Positions 23,749 through 33,900 of a stretch of DNA of 64,000 bases are shown here, piece by piece. The translations under genes and the position numbers were made by a program. Below the pieces are notes generated by a model. The model was not told the origin of the DNA. It did not search any database and saw only the letters and a list, made by a program, of their open reading frames with translations. The stretch's first letter is position 1. Every line of letters starts with the position of its first letter. The stretch is from the NCBI RefSeq assembly GCF_018350175.1, contig NC_058368.1:238330001-238394000 (forward strand), written 5' to 3'. This DNA comes from Felis catus (taxonomy: Eukaryota).

Positions 23749-24204
23749 AGGGTCCAGAGCGTGGCCGAGGCCCTGGGTGTGAACCTGCCCGTCCCTGGGT
23801 CCCCCCCCCCCCCGCCGTAAGCCTGCCAGGGCTCGGCCCCAGCTGAGGCTCTTCCGTCCACAGCCCGGCCACAACTGTGGCCGGAGAGTCTGCGTGAGCA
23901 GGGGAAGGACACGGATGGCGGACTGTCCTCAAACTGGGGCCACTTGTGTTCGCAAACTTCTAACTCCCTTCCCCGGTTGCGGCCCTAGCTCCACGTGGCC
24001 TTTCCCGCTGACCTGGGCATGCTCTCGCTGCCCCCATGTCCCAGATGGCAGTGCCCGCCTCCGTCAGACGCCTGGCCCGAGGGCAGGACCTGGGTGGTGA
24101 CGGCCCCCACCCAGCCAGGGCCAGGCGGGACGAGCAGGCCTGGTACCAAAGCCCCCAGGCCGCCAAAGTGTCTCCAGTATTCACCTAACTGCCAAGTAGC
24201 TGCT

Positions 24205-24925
24205 GGGAACTGAACCGCGTCCCCCCGTTTGGAGATAGGAGGTCACCCAGGTTCGATGAGGCCCTGAGGCTGTGGCCCTGACACGAGAGGATCGGTGCCC
24301 TTATACGAAGGGGCACCGTGGCGCGCGCTCTCCCTCTCTCTGTCTCTCTTCGTCTGGCTCTCCCCTGTCTCTCCCCTGGACTCTCTCCCTCTCTCCCCCT
24401 CCCTCTGTCTCCCCGTCTCTCCCTCTCTCCCCCTGACTCTCTGTCTCTTCCCCCCCCCCCCCGTCTCCTCTCTTTCCCCCTCCCTCTCTCTCTCTCCCTC
24501 TGTCTCCTTGTCTCTTTCCCCCTCCCTCTCTCTCTCTCCCTCTGTCTCCTTCTCTTCCCCCCCTCCCCCTGACTCTCTGTCTCTTCCCCCCCCCGTCTCC
24601 TTGTCTCTTTCCCCCTCCCTCTCTCTCCCTCTGTCTCCTTGTCTCTTTCCCCCTCCCTCTCTCTCCCTCTGTCTCCTACTCTCTTTCCCCCTCCCTCTCT
24701 CTGTCTCCCTCTCTGTGTCTCCGTCTCCTTCTCCGTCTCTCTCTCTCTCTGCCAGGTGAGGGCCCAGCAAGCTGGCAGCCGTCCAGGGCCAGAACAGCCT
24801 TCACCAGAGCTCGATGCTGCTGACACCGTGATCTTGGACGTCTGGCTACAGAACCTGGACGAAGTGTCTGTTGGTCAGGCGTCGGGTCTGTGGGTTCTGT
24901 TCCGGCGGCCCAAGCGGAAGGAGGC
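24205..24925 (+). mobile_element. MaLR LTR (MLT1A-like) split by an internal CT-rich expansion
   Basis: Left arm: tttggagatagg...gatgaggcc...ggtgcccttatacgaagg. Right arm: gccaggtgagg...ccttcaccaga...gctgacaccgtgatcttggac...tctgtgggttctgtt. Confidence 0.75.
24328..24750. repeat. Polypyrimidine (CT-rich) simple repeat, about 420 bp
   Basis: Almost only C/T with sparse G; recurring tctctttccccctccctctctc. Confidence 0.95.
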
Positions 24926-26382
24926 GGAGGTCACGTCTCAGCCCCACCAAATCCTGCCACCACGCTCTGCCTCCCCTGTTTAGACGGGGGGTGGGGGGGT
25001 GGGGAACTCTGGCCTCCTGGGTGGCGACGAGGGGAGGCCGCAAGAAAACGGCCACCGAAGGGAGCCCGGCTGCGGGGTCGCTCTGCCCACGGGAAGGCCG
25101 CCCATGTGAAGCAGACACCTGCCCGGCCGGCGGGGCAGGGGGGAAGCGGCAGAGACCCTGTGCCCGCGTGGCCGCCGTGTCCCCGAGTGTCTGTGGGCAC
25201 GTCCACGCTTCCTGACCGGGCTTCGCGACAAACCCCCGCCCCCCTCGGAGAGAGAAGCGCTCTTGCTGGACCGTCCCTTTGGTGGCCGGAGCCACGGCCC
25301 CCGCTTGGAAGCAATCAAGCCCGTCCTCCAGGAGAAAGACACTTCAAAGACAAAAATCCTCAATGAGCCGGGAAAAAACCAGCAAGCTGGGACTCCCTGA
25401 GGGAGGAGAGAGGAGAGAGGGGAGAAACGCCCTCTCCCTGGCTCTCGGGAGCATTTTAAAAGCTAAAAACGGAATTTTGTTTTGTTTCTAAGACTCACGT
25501 TCGTCAAAAAGATCTCATTTAAGGCCTCGCGGTTTTGAAGGTCAACACTGTGTCGCAGTCGAAATTCACTGCCCTGAGCCACGGACGAAATTAGGCGGCC
25601 GTAATCGGGGGACAGCGGGGGGCCGGCCCTGTGTCCGCAAATTGCATTTCTCTCCCCGAGAAATCCCTCTGTTGTGATGCGGCCGGACGAGGCCCCCGCA
25701 CCATCCACGCCACCCACCCACCCGCCGCCCGGGGCCTTTGCCCTCGGCTCCCGCCAGGGCCCCCACGCCGGCCGCCAGGAGCTGGGGCGCGCTTGCCTCC
25801 TTCTAAATTAAAATTGTAACTCGCTCGGTCCCATTTACACAAAGCCTCTGCTTTGACACATGCAATTACTACGAACACGGGGGCAACATGATCGCTAAGG
25901 GCTCCAGAAAGAGAGTTTAATCAGAAAACACGGAGTCGTTCCGGCCGAGGTATAATTTCACTGCTCGCTATTCCTCTATGTTCGTGTGTGTTCAGATAAT
26001 TAGATACACCAGTTCTTGCCTCCCGAGAGGCCAGAAAGGGCAAAATTCCTATTCTTTTTACATTAAAGAGATTAAATTATAATATAGAAAATCTGTAACT
26101 TTGGGTGGAAATGACAAATTCACACTACATTAATTTCAGTGGTTACAAAATGTTACAAATAGTTTGTGTGTTCTTTCTTCTCTCGTAGGTGCGTGTGAAT
26201 TAATTACCTACCCGATTTCAGTGTCTTTCAATGTCTTCTCACAGACAACCCGAAATGAAAAGAAAATAGGGTTTGAGCTCCACTCACTGACATGTGTTTT
26301 TGCCGTGTGACTGTTTACGTCTCTGTTCACAAACACGAGCACACGGGCAGTAACAGCCCCACGCACGAACACAAGCACTGCA

Positions 26383-28250
26383 GGGACAGCACGGTCCACG
26401 GGAACAGCAGCGTCCACGGGGACAGCACAGCCAGCAGTGCCCACGGGAACAGCACGGTCCACAGGAACACCACGGTCCATGGGAACAGCAGCGTCCACAG
26501 GAACAGCAGTGTCCATGGGAACAGCACAGTCAGCCGCATCCAGGGGAACAGCAGCGTCCACGGGAACAGCAGCGTCCACAGGAACAGCACGGTCCACGGG
26601 AACAGCACAGTCCGTGGGAACAGCACAGTCCACGGGGACAGCACGGTCCACGGGAATACCACAGTCCATGGGAACAGCAGCATCCACGGGGACAGCACAA
26701 TCAGCAGTGTCCACAGGAACACCATGGTCCACGGGAACAGCAGCGTCCACGGGAACACCACGGTCCATGGGAACAGCAGCGTCCACGGGAACAGCAGCAT
26801 CCACAGGAACAGCACAGTCCACGGGAACAGCAGTTAGCCACATCCAGGGGAACAGCATAGTCCACAGGAACAGCAGCGTCCACGGGGACAGCACGGTCCA
26901 CGGGAATAGCACGGTCCATGGGAACAGCACGGTCCACGGGGACAGCATGGCCCATGGGAACAGCACGGTCCACGGGAACAGCACAATCCACAGGAACAGC
27001 AGCATCCACAGGAACAGCAGCGTCCACAGGAACAGCACGGTCCACGGGAACAGCACAGTCCGTGGGAACAGCACAGTCCACGGGGACAGCACGGTCCACG
27101 GGAATACCACAGTCCATGGGAACAGCAGCATCCACGGGGACAGCACAATCAGCAGTGTCCACAGGAACACCATGGTCCACGGGAACAGCAGCGTCCACGG
27201 GAACACCACGGTCCATGGGAACAGCAGCGTCCACGGGAACAGCAGCATCCACAGGAACAGCACAGTCCACGGGAACAGCAGTTAGCCACATCCAGGGGAA
27301 CAGCATAGTCCACAGGAACAGCAGCGTCCACGGGGACAGCACGGTCCACGGGAATAGCACGGTCCATGGGAACAGCACGGTCCACGGGGACAGCATGGCC
27401 CATGGGAACAGCACGGTCCACGGGAACAGCACAATCCACAGGAACAGCAGCATCCACAGGAACAGCAGCGTCCATGGGAATAGCACGGTCCACGGGAACA
27501 GCAGTGTCCATGGGAACAGCACAGTCAGCCGCATCCAGGGGAACAGCAGCGTCCACGGGAACAGCAGCGTCCACGGGAACAGCACAGTCAGCCGCATCCA
27601 TGGGAACAGCACAGTCCACGGGAACAGCAGCGTCCACGGGGACAGCACAGTCAGCAGTGCCCACGGGAACAGCACGGTCCACAGGAACACCACGGTCCAT
27701 GGGAACAGCAGCGTCCACAGGAACAGCAGCGTCCACGGGAACACCACGGTCCACGGGAACAGCATAGTCCATGGGAACAGCAGCATCCACAGGAACAGCA
27801 CAGTCCGTGGGAACAGCACGGTCCACGGGAACAGCGCAATCCACAGGAACAGCAGCATCCACAGGAACAGCACAGTCCATGGGAATAGCAGTTAGCCACA
27901 TCCAGGGGAACAGCATAGTCCACAGGAACAGCAGCGTCCACGGGGACAGCATGGTCCATGGGAACAGCACGGTCCACAGGAACAGCAGCATCCACAGGAA
28001 CAGCACAGTCCATGGGAACAGCACGGTCCACGGGGACAGCACGGTCCATGGGAACAGCACGGTCCACGGGAACAGCACGGTCCACGGGAACAGCACGGTC
28101 CATGGGAACAGCAGCGTCCATGGGAACAGCAGTTAGCCACATCCAGGGGAACAGCATAGTCCACAGGAACAGCAGCGTCCATGGGAACAGCACGGTCCAC
28201 GGGAACAGCACGGTCCATGGGAACAGCAGCGTCCACGGGAAGAGCACAGT
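26383..28250. repeat. 18-bp minisatellite (GGGAACAGCACGGTCCAC), about 100 units
   Basis: Seen directly; variant units and an internal 448-bp duplication. Source of the long repetitive ORFs. Confidence 0.98.
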
Positions 28251-28573
28251 CTCAGAGACCCCCGATTGTGAACCAAAAGTGGCAAGCTTCAGTCTGGATA
28301 TTTTGCAGACAGGAGCCAACTCACCGCAGCCACAAGGCGGGCCGCCGGCACCCCGGGTCAGCAGACTCCACAGGAAGGCATCTTCCCGAGGGCTCTGGTG
28401 TGCAAGCCGCACGGGGGGAGGGGTCCGGCTGGGCGCGAGCGGCATCAGGCGCCAAAATCTAAGCCGAAATGGCAGTGGGAACCCTGTGAAGGTTTCGTTT
28501 ACTTTTCAGAGTCGCATTCCTGTCGCACAAGAAATTGATCTTCCTGATGGCTCCTAAAAAATGGTGGCTCCAA

Positions 28574-28775
28574 GGGGCACCTGGGGGGCTCGGTTGGTGA
28601 AGCATCCAACTCTCGACACTGGCTCAGGCTGTGATCTCGAGGTTGTGGGACTGAGCCCTGCCGTTGGGCTCCCTGCTGCGCGTGGAGACCGCTTGGGATT
28701 CTCTCTCTCCCGCCCTCTGCTCCTCCCCCACTGGCGCTTTCCCTCTCTCAAAATAAATAAATAGACATTTTTTTT
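28574..28775 (+). mobile_element. CanSINE (older, diverged)
   Basis: ggggcacctggggggctcggttgg...aaaataaataaa; degenerate TSD aatggtggctccaa / aatggcggttccaa. Confidence 0.92.
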
Positions 28776-29054
28776 AATGGCGGTTCCAAAACGCCAAGTT
28801 CAAATGAATTTTCACAGAAGTCACCAAAGTATAAAAAAAATGAATATACATCCCAGGAGGGTTAAAATGCCAGGGAAACGGGCAAAGAACTGAGCCGATC
28901 CTTGGAAAGAGACGGCTGATGCCTGACAAGCCGCTCACCTTCGGAGCCGTCAGGGTCGTGCAGGAGGAGCACCCGGCCCGCCACAGGCTGGGTGACCCTC
29001 GCGGCCACCGGGACGCCACATGGTGGAACCAAAGTGAGCCCCGCCCACCCGTGA

Positions 29055-29462
29055 CCCCGCAGTAACCACCCCAAACCTGGACGCCCCAAATGACACAGGC
29101 TTGTCCCCTCACCGTGCCGGAGGCCAGAGTCTGAAATCGGAGGGTGTCGAGGCTTGGTCCCTCGAGCTCGGAGGGGAGTCTGCTCCGGGTGTCTCTCCTC
29201 CGGCTTCTCGCGGCTGCTGCCCGGCCCCGCCCCTCGGCTCGTAGATGCGAAGCCCCATCTCTGCCTGTGTCTGGGTCTGTCTTCCGTGGCGCTCTCTGCC
29301 CTTCCTGTAAGGACACCAGTCACTGGATTTAGGGCTCACCTCCCTCCAGGATGGCCTTATCTCAACCAATTACATCCGTGAGGGTGTATTTCTCCCAAAG
29401 AAGGTCACGTTCCAAGGTCTGGAAAAGGATATGAATCTGGGGGGGACTAGCATTCGGGACCC
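29055..29462 (-). mobile_element. MaLR LTR (MLT1C-like)
   Basis: ggaggccagagtctgaaatc...taaggacaccagtcactggatttagggctcacc...aattacatc...aaggtcacgttc. Confidence 0.85.
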
Positions 29463-29464
29463 AT

Positions 29465-29605
29465 TTAGACAATCCAGGGCGATCTGCCCGTCTCTACAGC
29501 TTTAACTTACTGCCATCTGCAAAGTCCCGCACCATGTAAGGGAACGTAAGACTTCCGGGATTAGGACGCAGACCCCTTTGGGGGCCGTGACTCAGACAAC
29601 CACAC
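29465..29605 (-). mobile_element. Second MLT1 fragment
   Basis: acaatccagg...ttaactta...catctgcaaagtcc...ccatgtaag...ccgggattaggacg...tttgggggcc...accaca. Confidence 0.7.
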
Positions 29606-29607
29606 GG

Positions 29608-30055
29608 TATATACCCAGCAAATACGCCCCCGTGTCCAGCCACAGACGTGCTAGAAAGTTCATGGCAGCGCCTGTCTTCAGCCAAGAGCAGAAACTCCCA
29701 AATGCCCATCCACAGCAGAGGAGTGACAATGGTTCACTCATGTGGCAGTGGACAATCTGTGCTCACGTGGCTCGAAGAAAGACCCTCACGACCTCTGTGT
29801 CACGCCAAAGCCAGCTACAAGGGAGCAAGCGCTGTAAGACCCCACGTGTGTGTTTGAATCTGAGATACGAGAGGAGGGACAGCTGAGCGAGGGTGGTAGG
29901 CTCAGGGTAAGAGCTGTCCCCACCCCCAGACTGGGAGGGAGCAGGGGATTCCTGGGGTGCAAGTGACATCTGGGTCTTCCCCTGGCCACTGGCTTCACGG
30001 GGGCAACAGAGTGAGTGTTTATTCCTACGATAAACCCAAAAAGTTGTCAGCCGTG
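29608..30055 (+). mobile_element. Old L1 (L1ME-like) 3' region
   Basis: tatatacccag...tagaaagttcatggcagc...cccaaatgcccatccacagcagagg, a typical L1 3' motif order. Confidence 0.6.
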
Positions 30056-30501
30056 TCCCGTCGTGCCGAGGACAGCACCGGCCTTCCCCTGTCGGCACAC
30101 AGGACCCTGCCTGACTCCAGCCGCCCCTCACCGAGCCCCCCACTGCTCTCTGCCGGGCCTCACGGCTCCTGGGGGCCGGGTGGCCTGTCCCCCGCTCGGC
30201 TCTCTTGGGACTCGCCGGTCTCGGGCAGCCTCTGGCCGGTCCTCCCAGGGGAGAGCTTGGCTGACGGGCAGGCCCCGAGGCTAAGAAGTCTTCGGGGACA
30301 CAGAGGGTCTTTTTAGGTAAAAAACTGCGGCCAGTGGTCTGCCTGCTGCTGGGTCTGCTTGTTCCTCGTCCTTCCGTGGACCTGGCCAGGCACGCTGGGG
30401 GTGGGGGGTAAAGGGCCCGGCCTCCTCCCTGGCCCTCTCCGAGACACAAATCAGCTGCTTCCCAAACCGGCGCCTCAGCGGGGCCCGTGTGCAGGTGAGG
30501 C

Positions 30502-30520
30502 GTCACCAGGGGGCGCTGCC
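30502..30520 (+). promoter_or_regulatory. CTCF-like motif
   Basis: gTCACCAGGGGGCGCTgcc versus the core consensus CCACCAGGGGGCGC. Confidence 0.55.
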
Positions 30521-30739
30521 GGCTCGATCACGGCCAGCGCCTGGAACTTGACCCGCGGAGCCCCGTGCAGAAGCTGTCAGAATTCCAGAAACCACGCCGG
30601 ACTGCGCGTGGACCGGCCAGGGCTGCAGCCCGGGTTCAGCAACAGCCTGGGAAGAAGGCAGCGTGGGCTTCAGTCACTCCGCACCCCAGAGGCTGGCCCT
30701 CCCGGAGAAGCCCCACACCTTCTCGTGTACACTCGCCCC

Positions 30740-30995
30740 CCCAGCATGCACACTCTCGTGCACACGCCCGTGAACACACTCACACAGGTGCATATGCCTG
30801 CAAACACACTCAGGTGCACACGCCCGTGAACACACTCACACACGTGCACGCACAGACACAGGCACGTGGATGCATGCGTGGACACACAAGCATGTACATA
30901 CTCGATGCACGCACAGCCACACACGACCCCAGACACACACTCATGCTTGCACATGTGCACGCTCAGGTGTGTGCACACTTGCTCACACGCACTCC
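30740..30995. repeat. Degenerate (CA)n low-complexity tract
   Basis: gcacacgcccgtgaacacactcaca occurs twice among CA/TG runs. Confidence 0.8.
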
Positions 30996-33900
30996 AGGTG
31001 CAGATACCCCGCCGTGGAGGATGGGGCTCTGCTGGGGATGAAGGCTGGGTCAGGAAAGCCGGAGGAGGCGGCGCCCCACTCGTGTCCTGTCCCCTGTCCC
31101 CTTGGTGCGGACGTCTGCTTCGGGCAGCCTTCTCCTGGAGCCTGAGGGAGGAAGAGGCCGCCCTGTGCCGGTGTCCTGGTCCCTCCTGACGGAGCCGGAG
31201 CATCCCAGCTCCATGCAGCACCCACACTGTCCACTAGAGGGGAGTGTTGGCTGCGGCTCCAGGGACGGGGCTCCGAGCCAGGCCGGCAACGTCCTAACTG
31301 TGGAAACACAGCCCGCCTTTTCAGGCCTGGGAAGGCCGGGAGCCCGCCGTCCACGTTGGCCTCCCAGTGAACCACGTCCTGCCCCCCATAACCTTCTCAT
31401 TCACTGTTATTCAAAGGTGGTCCCCACACATCCCAGCAGGGACCCCGGGCCTTTCGAGGACACAGCTTCCTGGGCCCAGGCTGACCGAAGGGGCCTCTTA
31501 GGCACGAGACAGGGAAGCTGCGGTGACCTGGGGAGGTCGGGGGTGGGCACAGGGACGCCTTCCCTGTCCCGGCACATCCCACCTACAGGGCCCCTCATCC
31601 TGTGGACAAGCGGTCTAACTGGCCGCACGGGCCCGGTTGTGGAGAGGAGGAAAGGGCCGAGGTTCCCCGCCCGGTGTCCCCACTCCTGCACCGGTGCCTC
31701 CAGGCCCGTGTCTGCCCCAGCCAGACCGCAGATGACCAGGAGCCGTGGGGACACAGGCCCTTCTCTCCTCCTGCAGAAAAAGCTGGGGCGTCAGCACCTC
31801 CCTCAGGAGCCTGCAGACCCACGTGAGTGGGAGTCACGCTAGGAGCAGCTGGCAGGTCCACGACTGGGCGGTGGCCATCGCGGGCCACGGCTGGTGCCAG
31901 GCGGGCCTTCTAGGTCAGCGTGCCGACCCCACGCAGGCCGCTGTGACCCGAGGGTTGTTGGAGTGGAGGCCGTGGGAAGAAGCAGACGGGCCAGCTCCCA
32001 CGAGGGGCCCCCTTTCGGTACCGGGGGTGGGGGACTCACTGAGCCCAGAGCCACCAAACCCCCGTGGGCTGCCCTCGTCCTCTGATGCTTCCCCACATGT
32101 CTGCCCTCCTTCCTTTGCTTTGTCCCTTATGAATGTATCCTGCTTTGTCCAAAGGGGTAAAACCCTCCACGTCTAGCCATTTCGTGGGGGGTTTCTCTCC
32201 TTCCCACGAAGCCACTTTTTGGGTGCGACAAGCTTTTGAGAAATTGTGTTCTCGTGAAATGCGTCCTTTCTGCCGAGAAGCAGGAAAAGTGAGGTGGAGG
32301 GAGAGGGCGTCGTGTGCGCTCGGCCGGGCTGCTGTGGGAGGCCGACTTTGCCAGGGCCGGGGGCTCGGCCGACAAGGGCTCCGGGGCCAGCCGGTCAGAG
32401 AGGGCTCGGCCTCCGGAGAGGACACGCCGGCCCCCCCCCCCCCGCCCCCGCACACGTGTCCTGGTGTGCCCAGACCTGGCACATGGCCCTGGGGGACCTA
32501 CCTGGTCAGAAAGCCCTTTCCTCAAGGAATAACCGAGAAACCGGGATCGGGTTGAAAATGTCCCAATAAACAGCACGATTAAGAGCTTCCCACACTGCTT
32601 CCTAACTTTCTACTTCCATGTAACCTTCAGAATAAAATTGGAATAAAGCTGTGTCTGTAATTCAAATATATTTTCACACTCAGCGTTAATTATAACGTGG
32701 TGTTTATCCAAGTTATTGGAATGTCTTCATAAACACTATTTTTGATGCTTGTCAAATATTGCAGGGCTCGGATTTGCCAAAATTCATTGAACTGTTTGAA
32801 AGACGATGCACGATGTTTGAAAGACACATTTGAGTTCCTGTTCTGCTGCTGTGACACCGGCGGCCTGGTCCGGACACCTGTCCTCTCACCGCGTCCGTCA
32901 GGGACTGGAAATGCTCTGCGTAAAGGGCCACACGGCACGTGGTTTAGGCTTTGTGGCCACATGTGGTCCCCGTCACACACCGGGGTCGTCTGTTCCCGCC
33001 AGCCTTCACGGCTGTGAGACGTTCTTGGGCCCCGAGGCATCCGACTGCTGCCAGTGTGTGTCCAGCCTGCCCGCCCCAGGGCGTCCCAACGGCAGATTAC
33101 CAGCAGGCCCAGAGGTAGGCACTCTTCAGGCACTCGGTCCACACTGCCAAATTCCTTCCAGGAAAAGCACAGTTCCGGGGACTCTCACCGCAACCCCTGA
33201 GTATTCGCGATCCTGAGTGGTCCGGTTTGCTATCGTGTTGCTAATTTCCAAGGCAAAAGCCAATCCTGTCTCGCGTCTCGTCCGACGGCCGTGACTCTAC
33301 TTGTCCGTGTGAAGGATGCAAAGGGTGACGAGCGTCTTCCCCGGGCACGGAGCACCACGCCTGTTAAGGGTACCGGCCCCTGGGCCACGGAGGTCGTGCT
33401 GTTTCCAGTTTCTGTTGGCTTGGGGCCGTTGTGTTGCAGTGTTTTTAAACTGTCAAAGGTCTTAGTGCCTGTCGCTAAATCTAAATATTTTCATCTTCCT
33501 GTTTCTTTTTACTTTATGCTTCAAGCGATGGTTGGAGCCCCAGAAATCCCTGACAAAGACCCTCCAGGTGGGCTCGGGAGCCCGGACAGCCTGAGCCCCC
33601 CACTGAAGGTCCAAAGGGAACGGAAATTCTCACCTGTTGCGCAAAGCAAACGGTCCCACGGTAAACGTCACACCCAGGCGGAGACATCCTGATCCAAAGC
33701 ACATTAAACATTTAGCCATTTGTCACGGCTGCATTTTCGGCCTTTACCTGTCCCCACCACGCTCACGTCTGGGCTGCATGCCTGGAAGCCTGGGGTGTCG
33801 GAGGCTGCCGGGCCGGCCGGCCCACTGCTCCCGATTCTGATCCCCCAGGAGAGAGGAGGCAGAGCTGGGGCCGGGGCAGGGGCGCGGGGCCGGGGGGGGG

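Noticed and set aside
24185..24826. Arg/Glu/Gly-rich and Ser/Leu/Pro-rich ORFs
   Set aside because: Translations of the CT simple repeat.
26383..28250. Array of steroid-receptor response elements (GGAACA half-sites)
   Set aside because: The partner half-site is a poor match or mis-spaced relative to AGAACAnnnTGTTCT.
26208..28557. Long ORFs (up to 390 aa) resembling mucins, antifreeze proteins or Cys-rich keratin-associated proteins
   Set aside because: All are translations of the 18-bp minisatellite, open on both strands and broken by frameshifting units, with no signal peptide or gene context.
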